From the NCBI GenBank assembly GCA_903852755.1, contig CAINRS010000057.1, positions 505 to 64,504 on the forward strand: DNA of 64,000 bases, in the 5' to 3' direction. Below the pieces are notes generated by a model, which saw nothing but the letters and a program-made list of their open reading frames with translations, had not been told where the DNA came from and did not search any database. Of the stretch, positions 42,745 through 50,563 are shown in pieces. How positions within the stretch are numbered: the stretch's first letter is position 1; every line of letters starts with the position of its first letter. This DNA is from an uncultured Actinomycetes bacterium (GTDB taxonomy: Bacteria; Actinomycetota; Acidimicrobiia; Acidimicrobiales; Microtrichaceae). The position numbers were made by a program, and so were the translations under genes.

Positions 42745-43919
42745 GCTGGAACCGGGTGGCCGTGGTCGGCGCCGGCCTCATCCACATGGGCGAACTGTTC
42801 GACCAGTCCTACGAGCAGATGGCGCGGGGCGCGTTCGACGCCGCGGTCGACTCGGTCGACCACGGGTTCGACCCGACGGCGATCGACGCCGTGTTCGTCG
42901 CCACCCAGCGGGGGACGCTGTGGGGCCAGGAGGGCATCGGCGGCAACACCATCCCGTCGGCCATCGGCCTCGCCGGGGTCGCCTGCACCCGGGTCGAGAA
43001 CGCGTGTCCGACCGGGTCCGACGCCTTCCGGGTGGGATGCATGGCCGTCGCCTCGGGCGTCCACGACGTCGTGCTCGTGATCGGGGTCGAGAAGATGCGC
43101 GACAAGTCCTCCGACGAGGGCCTGCTCGCGCGGGCGGCCGCCGGGCACCCCGTCTACACCAGGGGTGAGTCGGCACCGGTGCTGTTCGCCCCGTTCGCGA
43201 CCCGGCACATGCACGAGTTCGGCACGACCCGCGAGATGCTGGCCTCGGTGGCGGTCAAGAACCACCACAACGGCGTGCTCGACCCGTACGCGCACTTCCG
43301 CAACGAGGTCACCATCGAGCAGGTCCTCGCCGCGCCGCCGGTGTGCTCACCACTGCACCTGCTCGACTGCTGCCCGCAGACCGACGGCGCGGCGGCGATC
43401 ATCATCACCGCTCCCGAACGGGCGGCGGACTTCACCGACCGGCCCGTGTTCGTGGCGGGCTTCGGCGTGGCCACCGACCACCCGTACCTGCACGAGAAGT
43501 CGACCTACGTCGGACTCCCGGCGACGGTCGAGGCGTCCCGCCGGGCCTACGAGATGGCAGGCATCTCACCGGCCGACGTCGACGTCGCCGAGGTCCACGA
43601 CTGCTTCACGATCACCGAGATCCTGGACATCGAGGACCTGGGGTTCGTCGAGAAGGGCCGGGGCGGGGTGGCGTCGCTCGAGGGTGAGACGGTGCTCGAC
43701 GGGAGGATCCCGGTCAACCCGTCCGGCGGCCTGCTCGCCAAGGGGCACCCGATCGGCGCCACCGGGATCGCCCAGCTCACCGAGTGCTGGTGGCAGCTCC
43801 GGGGCCAGGCCGACGAACGACAGGTGGCGATCCGCAACGGGTTCGCACTGCAGCACAACGTGGGGGGACGCGGGTCCGGCGTCTCGGTGGTGAACATCCT
43901 CACCACCAACGCGTCGTGA
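42741..43919 (+). CDS. thiolase (SCP-x/Ltp type, catalytic Cys present)
   Basis: Start at GTG 42741 forms a GTGA overlap. Sequence: RVAVVGAGLIHMGE, VENACPTGSDAF, NPSGGLLAKGHPIGATGIAQ, QHNVGG. Confidence 0.88.
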   Translation: MSWNRVAVVGAGLIHMGELFDQSYEQMARGAFDAAVDSVDHGFDPTAIDAVFVATQRGTLWGQEGIGGNTIPSAIGLAGVACTRVENACPTGSDAFRVGCMAVASGVHDVVLVIGVEKMRDKSSDEGLLARAAAGHPVYTRGESAPVLFAPFATRHMHEFGTTREMLASVAVKNHHNGVLDPYAHFRNEVTIEQVLAAPPVCSPLHLLDCCPQTDGAAAIIITAPERAADFTDRPVFVAGFGVATDHPYLHEKSTYVGLPATVEASRRAYEMAGISPADVDVAEVHDCFTITEILDIEDLGFVEKGRGGVASLEGETVLDGRIPVNPSGGLLAKGHPIGATGIAQLTECWWQLRGQADERQVAIRNGFALQHNVGGRGSGVSVVNILTTNAS

Positions 43920-44713
43920 TCCGCTTCGACGTCGGCGACGACCACGTCGGCCGCATCACCCTGGACCGGCCCGACGCCGCCAACGCCCTCACGGTCGAGA
44001 TGCGCGACGAGATCGTCGAGCGGGTGCGCGAGTGCCGGGAGCGTGACGATGTCCGCGCCGTGCTGCTGACGGCCACCGGCGAGTCGTTCTGCTCGGGCAT
44101 GGACCTGCGGGGCTCCACCGTTGCGAAGGCGGGAACCGAGGACTTCGACCCCCGCTCCACCTCGCAGGCGCTCCGGGTCGGCGTGCAGACGTTCATCCGG
44201 GAGCTGTGGGAACTCGACAAGCCGACCGTGGCCGCCGTGCAGGGCGCGGCCGTCGGACCCGGGGCGCACCTGGCCCTGGCGTGCGACTTCGTGCTGACCT
44301 GCGACCGCACCACCTTCATGTGGAGCTTCGCCCGGTGGGGGCTCGTCGTCGACGCGGGCGGTGCGTACCTGCTCCCCCGGCTGGTCGGTCTGCCGCGTGC
44401 CAAGGCGATGGTCATGCTCGGCGAGCGGGTGTCCGGCACCGAGGCGGTCGACCTGGGACTCGCCTACCGCCACGTCGGGATGGCCGACACCATGGCGACG
44501 ACCGCCGACGAGCTCGCCGTGCAACTCGCCGCCGGTCCGACCCGCTCGCTGGGCCTGTCCAAGGCACTGCTCAACCGGTCGTTCGAGACCTCACTCCCCG
44601 ACAGCCTGGAGCTCGAGGGTCACTTCCAGTCGCTCGCCACCGCGTCGGCCGACCTGGTCGAGGGCATGGCGGCGTTCCGGGAGAAGCGACCGCCCGACTT
44701 CACCGGCCACTGA
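43916..44713 (+). CDS. enoyl-CoA hydratase/isomerase
   Basis: Start at GTG 43916 forms a GTGA overlap. Sequence: GRITLDRPDAANAL, TGESFCSGMDL, VQGAAVGPGAHLALACDFVL, AFREKRPPDF. Confidence 0.88.
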   Translation: MIRFDVGDDHVGRITLDRPDAANALTVEMRDEIVERVRECRERDDVRAVLLTATGESFCSGMDLRGSTVAKAGTEDFDPRSTSQALRVGVQTFIRELWELDKPTVAAVQGAAVGPGAHLALACDFVLTCDRTTFMWSFARWGLVVDAGGAYLLPRLVGLPRAKAMVMLGERVSGTEAVDLGLAYRHVGMADTMATTADELAVQLAAGPTRSLGLSKALLNRSFETSLPDSLELEGHFQSLATASADLVEGMAAFREKRPPDFTGH

Positions 44714-44774
44714 CCGGTGCCGTGGCGCACCGCCGCCGAGGTGGCGGCACCACCGCTGTGACACCATCGTCGGA

Positions 44775-46811
44775 GTGAGCGGGACCGACCACCACCGTCC
44801 CGACGTCCAGGGCCTCCGGGCCGTGGCAGTGCTCGCTGTGGTGGCATTCCACGTCGGCGACAGTCCGATCGCCCGCAACCGGGGCGTGGGCGGGGTCGAA
44901 CTGCTCCCCGGCGGGTTCACCGGAGTCGACGTCTTCTTCGTCATCTCCGGGTTCGTGATCACGGCGCTCCTGCTGCGCCGTGCCGACCGGGACGGGGGTG
45001 TGGCCCTGCGGGACTTCGCCGCTCGCCGGGTCCGACGGATCCTGCCGGCGCTCGCTCTGATGTCGGTGGTCGTGCTGGCGCTCGGCATCGTCGTCCTCGA
45101 CCCGTTCGGGGCGCAGCAGTTCGCAGCCCGGACATCGATGGCCGCGGCCCTGCTCGGTGCCAACGTCTACCTGTACCGCCACACCGGCTACTTCGACTCA
45201 TCGGCGGCCGCCAACCCGTTCCTGCACACCTGGTCGCTGTCGGTCGAGGAGCAGACGTACCTGCTCCTGCCACTCGGCGTCGCACTCGCCGCCGCGGTCG
45301 CGCTCCGACGGCGTCGGTCGACGGCGTGGTGCGTCGGAGCGGGTGCAGTCGCCGTCGCCGCGACCTCGTTCGCGCTCGCGGTCGCGCTCAGCGCCGGTTG
45401 GGGAACATCGGTGGTCCAGGCGCCGGAGCGCCTGTCCTTCCTGGCCGCACCGACCCGGTGGTGGGAGTTCGCGGCGGGAGCGCTGGTGGCTGCGTGGGCG
45501 TCGCACCCGCGGCAGCTCCCCCGTCGGGTCGCCGCAGTGCTCGGGATCGCCGGGCTGGTGGCCATCGTCGGCGGTGCCCTCCGACTGGGACCCGGAACAC
45601 CCTGGCCCTCGCTGTGGACACTCGTGCCGGTACTGGGAACGGTCGGCGTCCTGGTGGCCGGGGCGACGACCAACCCCGCCGGTCAGCTCCTGTCGAGTCG
45701 ACCCCTCGGGTGGATCGGCGACCGCTCGTACGCCTGGTACCTGTGGCACTGGCCCTGCATCGTGCTCGCCGCCGCCATCTGGCCCAGCCTGGCGTGGATC
45801 CCCGCCGTTGCCGCCGTCGCGTCGCTGCTGCCGGCGGCCGCGTCGTACCGCTGGGTGGAGCAACCGCTTCGACACGACTCCTCGATCGTCGGACGGCGGG
45901 CGGCGCTCCTGGGAGCCGTGTGCACCGGGGCGGTCCTGCTCGTCGGGCTGATCGTGCTCACCGGGGCCGACCGGGGCTGGGGACTGCGCGAGGAGGACGG
46001 CTGGTACGACCGACCCGAGGGACGCAACGTCGGATGCCTCCAGCTCAACCGGGATCTGCGCGCCGACTGGCCCGAGACCGCATGCACGTCTCCCCCGCCT
46101 CCCGGAGGCGCCGGTACGGTGCTGGTGCTCGGTGATGCGCAGGCGAGCGGCGTCACCCCGGCCGTGATCGATGCAGCGGCGTCGCTCGGGCTCGGGACCA
46201 CCGAGTGGAACCGCGCAGGATGCCCGTTCCTGGCGCGGGCACCGCTCGACGCACCGGGATGCGGCGACTGGCAGGTGCAGGCGTGGTCACTGGTCGAACG
46301 GCTGCGCCCAGCGGCCGTGGTGCTCGCCGCCGACGAGTCCGCCTACACGGGTGTCGCCGGCTCCGGGGAGTTGCTGGGTGACGCGGACGGGAACGCACCG
46401 GCGACGGATGCAGACGCAGCCGCCAACTGGGCTGGGGCGCTGGCAGCGACGCTCGACAGGCTCGACGCACTCGGCATCCCCGCAGTCGTGGTCGGCGGTG
46501 CACCGGATCTCGGCCCGACGTTCCCTCGGGACGTGCAGTCGCTGCTCCGACCCCATCCACCTGTCCCACAGGTCGACCTCACAGCAGCGCAACGGCGTCG
46601 CAGCAGCGTGTGGGAGCAGCAGGAGCAGACGGTCCGGGATCACCCGACGGCGACGCTGGTCGACCCGCTGCCGGTGCTGTGCGACCCCGTGTGCCGGGGG
46701 GTCGTCGACGGCGTGTGGCGATTCCACGAGCGCAATGAACTCACCAACGCCGGGAGCCGACTGCTGACGGACGAACTCCGGACGGCACTCGGCCGACTGA
46801 CCGGCCGCTGA
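44775..46811 (+). CDS. membrane acyltransferase family 3 (OafA/YrhL type) with a C-terminal SGNH-like domain
   Basis: GLRAVAVLAVVAFH, VDVFFVISGFVIT, HTWSLSVEEQTYL, followed by about 10 TM segments. The extracytoplasmic tail contains VLVLGDAQASG. Start GTG 44775 is tentative. Confidence 0.8.
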   Translation: MSGTDHHRPDVQGLRAVAVLAVVAFHVGDSPIARNRGVGGVELLPGGFTGVDVFFVISGFVITALLLRRADRDGGVALRDFAARRVRRILPALALMSVVVLALGIVVLDPFGAQQFAARTSMAAALLGANVYLYRHTGYFDSSAAANPFLHTWSLSVEEQTYLLLPLGVALAAAVALRRRRSTAWCVGAGAVAVAATSFALAVALSAGWGTSVVQAPERLSFLAAPTRWWEFAAGALVAAWASHPRQLPRRVAAVLGIAGLVAIVGGALRLGPGTPWPSLWTLVPVLGTVGVLVAGATTNPAGQLLSSRPLGWIGDRSYAWYLWHWPCIVLAAAIWPSLAWIPAVAAVASLLPAAASYRWVEQPLRHDSSIVGRRAALLGAVCTGAVLLVGLIVLTGADRGWGLREEDGWYDRPEGRNVGCLQLNRDLRADWPETACTSPPPPGGAGTVLVLGDAQASGVTPAVIDAAASLGLGTTEWNRAGCPFLARAPLDAPGCGDWQVQAWSLVERLRPAAVVLAADESAYTGVAGSGELLGDADGNAPATDADAAANWAGALAATLDRLDALGIPAVVVGGAPDLGPTFPRDVQSLLRPHPPVPQVDLTAAQRRRSSVWEQQEQTVRDHPTATLVDPLPVLCDPVCRGVVDGVWRFHERNELTNAGSRLLTDELRTALGRLTGR

Positions 46812-46812
46812 G

Positions 46813-47004
46813 TCACCCCTCGATCGTCAGGGCGTCCTCCGGGCAGGACGCCACCGCCAGACGGGCCGCCGCCTCCAACTCGGCCGGCGGTTCGGTGAGC
46901 AGCACCACGCAGTGTCCCAGGTCGTCGGCATCGAACACCTGCGGGGCCAGGGCGTAGCACCGTCCGTGACCGACGCAGGCCTGCTCGTCGAACACGATCC
47001 GCAT
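46813..47004 (-). CDS. small single-cluster ferredoxin (3Fe-4S type, P450 redox partner)
   Basis: Start at ATG 47004 shares one nucleotide with the P450 stop (TGATG). Sequence: MRIVFDEQACVGHGRCYALAP...ASCPEDALTIEG. Confidence 0.85.
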   Translation of the reverse strand: MRIVFDEQACVGHGRCYALAPQVFDADDLGHCVVLLTEPPAELEAAARLAVASCPEDALTIEG

Positions 47005-48224
47005 CACTCCACCGCCTCGGCGACCACCGGGTCGAACACGAGTGGGAGCGACACGATCTCCCGGATTCCCGGTGAGTACTCCAGGTGCGCCCCCTCGGCG
47101 ACGGTGTAGTCGGGGATCCGGCGGTGCCACTCCTCGAGTGCGACACGGAGTTCGAGGCGCGCGAGGTGCGAGCCGAGACAGCGGTGCGGACCACCCCCGA
47201 ACGCCAGGTGCCGGTTGACCTCACGGGTGGCATCGAACTCCGAGGCGTCCTCGCCGAACTCGGACGGATCGGTGTCCGCGGAGCCGAGCATCAACATGAC
47301 GGTGTCACCGACCTCGAACTGGTGCCCGTGCAACTCGACCGGCTGGGCCACCGCCCGCAGGATCTGCATGACCGGGGTGTGGAAGCGGAGCATCTCCTCC
47401 ACGGCCGCCGGCACGATGGACGGGTCGTCCGCGATGAGCGCCCGCTGCACCGGGTCCTGGGCCAGGTGGGCCAGCGAGCAGTCCAGGGTCGAGGTCACCG
47501 TGTCCAGTCCGCCGAGGATGAACAGGTAGCAGATGTCGAGCATCTCCTCCTTGGACATCGTGCGGCCGTCGACCTCGGAGGTGAGGAACCGGGTGAGCAG
47601 ATCGGTGCCGGTGCCGCCGCGCCGCTGCTCGATGGCGTCCTCGAAGTACGCGTACAGCGCCGCTCCGGTGGCCCGCCGGACCCTGGCGTCCTCCTCGGGA
47701 TCACCCGTGTTGGGCCGGATGATGTTGTCCTTGAACTCGAGGAGTTGCTGGAGGTGCTCGAGAGGGAGGCCGCACATGCTCAGGAAGACGATGCACGGGA
47801 GCGGCACGGTGAACTCGGCGTGGGCGTCCACGGTGCCCCGGCCCACGAAGCCATCGAGGATCTCGTTGACGACCGACCGGAGCTCGTCCTCGAGCGGGGC
47901 CACCTCGTGCGGGCCGATGGTCGGATCGATCACCCGGCGGTACTTCGCGTGCTCGGGCGGGTCGATCTGCAGCGGGATGAGCGGCCGGTCCTGGCCGATG
48001 TCGACGGCAACGAAGTCCGAGCTGAAGATCTCCGGGTGCTTGAGGGCCCAGCGGACGTCCTCGTACCGGCTGATGATCCAGGTCCCCCGTCCGAAGCCCT
48101 CGAACATCGCCACCGGCAGGTGGTCCCGCAGCCGCTCGTAGAACGGGATCGGGTTGGCTGCGACCTCGGGCAGGTACGGGTTCGCCTCGCCCGTGTCCGG
48201 GTTGACGGCGGCTCCGGGATCCAT
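47004..48224 (-). CDS. cytochrome P450 monooxygenase
   Basis: 406 aa. I-helix LFILGGLDTVTS, EEMLRF (ExxR), heme loop FGGGPHRCLGSHLA. RBS GGGGAGG lies 6 nt upstream of the ATG. Confidence 0.93.
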   Translation of the reverse strand: MDPGAAVNPDTGEANPYLPEVAANPIPFYERLRDHLPVAMFEGFGRGTWIISRYEDVRWALKHPEIFSSDFVAVDIGQDRPLIPLQIDPPEHAKYRRVIDPTIGPHEVAPLEDELRSVVNEILDGFVGRGTVDAHAEFTVPLPCIVFLSMCGLPLEHLQQLLEFKDNIIRPNTGDPEEDARVRRATGAALYAYFEDAIEQRRGGTGTDLLTRFLTSEVDGRTMSKEEMLDICYLFILGGLDTVTSTLDCSLAHLAQDPVQRALIADDPSIVPAAVEEMLRFHTPVMQILRAVAQPVELHGHQFEVGDTVMLMLGSADTDPSEFGEDASEFDATREVNRHLAFGGGPHRCLGSHLARLELRVALEEWHRRIPDYTVAEGAHLEYSPGIREIVSLPLVFDPVVAEAVE

Positions 48225-48267
48225 CGTGACCTCCCCGGGGGACCCTGCGTCCCCGCGAGCGACACTC

Positions 48268-48285
48268 TATGACACGCGTGTCAGG
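48268..48285. promoter_or_regulatory. dyad operator copy 11 (TATGACACGCGTGTCAGG) upstream of the P450-ferredoxin operon
   Basis: The inner 14 bp, TGACACGCGTGTCA, is a perfect palindrome. On the minus strand the degenerate arm merges into TAGAGT, a -10-like box about 40 nt upstream of the P450 ATG. Confidence 0.7.
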
Positions 48286-48386
48286 TCGGTGGGCCGAGCA
48301 CCTGGCGCAGCTGCCCGCCCGTTCAGGTGTCGTCCCGGTCAGATGCCATGCAGGAGACCCCCCCCGATGGAACCGAACCTGAGGCG

Positions 48387-48460
48387 TGGGCGTAACAGGA
48401 CTCGAACCTGTGACCTCTGCCGTGTGAAGGCAGCGCTCTAGCCGTCTGAGCTATACGCCC
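48387..48460 (-). tRNA. tRNA-Val: tRNA-Val (anticodon CAC)
   Basis: The reverse complement is GGGCGTATAGCTCAGACGGCTAGAGCGCTGCCTTCACACGGCAGAGGTCACAGGTTCGAGTCCTGTTACGCCCA. It folds as a cloverleaf with a 7-bp acceptor stem, anticodon stem CTGCC/GGCAG, loop TTCACAC and a GGTTCGAGTCC T-arm. CCA is not encoded. Confidence 0.93.
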
Positions 48461-48513
48461 GGTAGCCGGCACTGTAGCCCTGCCGGGCCGTCCGGGTGCA
48501 GCCCGGGGACGGT

Positions 48514-49254
48514 TCAGGGACCCTCGACCCAGCCGTCCAGCGTGCGCAGGCAGACACCCTCGTTGGTGTTGAGGCGGGCGAACCGCTCCCCGTCACGACA
48601 CGACTGCTGCGAGGTCACTCCCGGGAGCTCGATGACGGCCTCGTGGTCGTACTCGCAGCCGACCGTGCGCAGACTGCCGTCGGCCTGCCGGGTGACGCAG
48701 GTGGAGTCGGCGTCGAGCGGTGGGGGCCGCTCCTCGGTGGGACCGGACCGTCCTCTGGCGCCGCCCCCGGCGACCGCGGTGCCGACGAACAGGATGGCGG
48801 CGACGACCAGGGCGGCCACGATCGGCCCCCGTCGGAGCAGCCAGAACGAGGCCGCACCCATCGGCGGCTCGTCGGGGTCGACCTCGGCCGCCCGGCGCCG
48901 TGCCCACTCGGCGTCCGGATCGTCGAACTCGTCACCGGGTGCGGTCCGTTCGGCACCGGACGCCGCGCTCGCCGAGCCGGCCGACGCCGTCGGACCGGAG
49001 GGTCCCGTCCGATCCGCACGGAGTGAGCGGTCGTAGGCCGCCCGGCGGTCGGGATCCGACAGGACCGTCCACGCGGCGTTGACCTCCCGCATCCGACGCT
49101 CGGCGAGCTGGCGCTCGGCCGGGGAGGCGCCCGCCTGCCGGTCCGGGTGCAGGCGTTGGGCGAGCCGGCGGTGCGCCGTACGCACCTGCTCGGGTGAAGC
49201 GGTCGACGCCACACCGAGCACCTCGTAGTGCGTTCGTCCCGCCGGACCTGCCAC
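48514..49254 (-). CDS. J-domain (DnaJ-like) membrane-anchored protein with a Cys-containing extracytoplasmic domain
   Basis: J domain: THYEVLGVASTASPEQVRTAHRRLAQRLHPDR...AAWTVLSDPDRRAAYD, with the HPD motif. One TM segment (IVAALVVAAILFVGTAV). The C-terminal region has 4 Cys. Confidence 0.8.
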   Translation of the reverse strand: MAGPAGRTHYEVLGVASTASPEQVRTAHRRLAQRLHPDRQAGASPAERQLAERRMREVNAAWTVLSDPDRRAAYDRSLRADRTGPSGPTASAGSASAASGAERTAPGDEFDDPDAEWARRRAAEVDPDEPPMGAASFWLLRRGPIVAALVVAAILFVGTAVAGGGARGRSGPTEERPPPLDADSTCVTRQADGSLRTVGCEYDHEAVIELPGVTSQQSCRDGERFARLNTNEGVCLRTLDGWVEGP

Positions 49255-49294
49255 GCGTGCAGCCTACGACGCCACCCCGGGGTATCCTGAGAGC

Positions 49295-50563
49295 GTGGCT
49301 GTAGTTCGGTCATCAAATGATTCGACCAGCGAATCGCAGGAGTCCGGCACAGGGCCGCGTCCGGGCACGATCGCCGCAACCCTGCGCCACCAGCCGTTCC
49401 GGCGGGTCTGGATCGGACAGCTCACCTCGAACACCGGGTCGTGGATGCAGAACGTCGTGCTGGGCCTGCTCGCCTACGACCTCACCGGTGCGGCGTGGTT
49501 CGTCGGCGTCCTGACCTTCGCCCAGCTGGGTCCGATGCTGCTGCTGTCCCCGTGGGGCGGACTGCTGGCCGATCGATTCGACCGGCGGCGACTGCTCGTG
49601 ACCATCGCCTGCGTGCAGCTCGTGCTCAGCCTCGGACTGGCGGTGACCACGCTGGACGACACCCCGAGCAAGCTCGTCATCACGCTCCTGGTCGCCGGGA
49701 TCGGCATCGGGGCTGCGCTGTACGTGCCGATCCTGACCGCGACGATCCCCGCGCTCGTCGGCAGCCGGGACATCCAGGGAGCGGTGGCGCTCAACTCCGT
49801 CGCCCTCAACGGGAGCAGGATCATCGGTCCGCTCGTCGGGGGTGCCCTGGCCGCGGTGTGGGCGACCTCTGTGGTGTTCGTGGTCAACGCGCTCACCTTC
49901 CTGGTCGCCGTGTGGGCGCTGCTGACGGTGCACGCCGACTTCCGCCCGGCCGGCCGGCCGGTGGGCAGCCCGCTGGCCGACCTGCGCGAGGGCTTCCGCG
50001 CCGCAGCGGCGGACCCGGTCATCTCCCGGGTGCTCATCACGATCGGCACGTTCTCGTTCGCCTCGCTCGTGTTCATCTACGAGATGCCCCTGATCGCCGG
50101 CGAACGACTGGGTCTCGACGAGTTCGGCTACACCCTGTTGTTCTCGACGTTCGCCGTCGGTGCGGCCATCGGTGCGCTGCTGGCGGGCTCGTACCTGGTG
50201 CAGCACGACCGCTGGGTGGTCGCACGCGTCGCCCTGGGCACCTTCGCCGTCGGTCTCGCCGTCCTGGCGCTCAGCACCAGCGTGCCGCTGGCCGGCCTGG
50301 GCGCGTTCGTGGCCGGCCTCTGCTACTTCACGATCGTCACGACGCTGCTGACCACGCTCCAACTCCACGCCGACGACGCCGTCCGCGGCCGCATCATGGG
50401 ACTGTGGATGATGGCGTGGGCCGGGCTGGTCCCGGTGGGTGCGCTCATCGCCGGTCCGGCGATCGACGCCATCGGACTGGTTCCGGTCCTGCTCGCCGGG
50501 GCCGCCGTCGCCGTGGTGCTCGCCGTCACGCTGCGGGACCCGGACCACCGGGCGAGTCGCTGA
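49295..50563 (+). CDS. MFS transporter (EntS/MFS_3-like)
   Basis: 422 aa with about 12 predicted TM segments. Sequence: FRRVWIGQLTSNTGSWMQ, LLADRFDRRRLL. The start codon is uncertain. Confidence 0.8.
   Translation: MAVVRSSNDSTSESQESGTGPRPGTIAATLRHQPFRRVWIGQLTSNTGSWMQNVVLGLLAYDLTGAAWFVGVLTFAQLGPMLLLSPWGGLLADRFDRRRLLVTIACVQLVLSLGLAVTTLDDTPSKLVITLLVAGIGIGAALYVPILTATIPALVGSRDIQGAVALNSVALNGSRIIGPLVGGALAAVWATSVVFVVNALTFLVAVWALLTVHADFRPAGRPVGSPLADLREGFRAAAADPVISRVLITIGTFSFASLVFIYEMPLIAGERLGLDEFGYTLLFSTFAVGAAIGALLAGSYLVQHDRWVVARVALGTFAVGLAVLALSTSVPLAGLGAFVAGLCYFTIVTTLLTTLQLHADDAVRGRIMGLWMMAWAGLVPVGALIAGPAIDAIGLVPVLLAGAAVAVVLAVTLRDPDHRASR

Noticed and set aside
48290-48386. 97-nt gap between operator copy 11 and tRNA-Val, examined for a small RNA or ORF
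   Set aside because: No convincing hairpin, promoter-terminator pair or conserved-looking ORF could be identified by eye.
48154-48441. 95-aa plus-strand ORF overlapping the tRNA region
   Set aside because: It overlaps tRNA-Val on the opposite strand and the P450 promoter/operator region, and it has no motifs.
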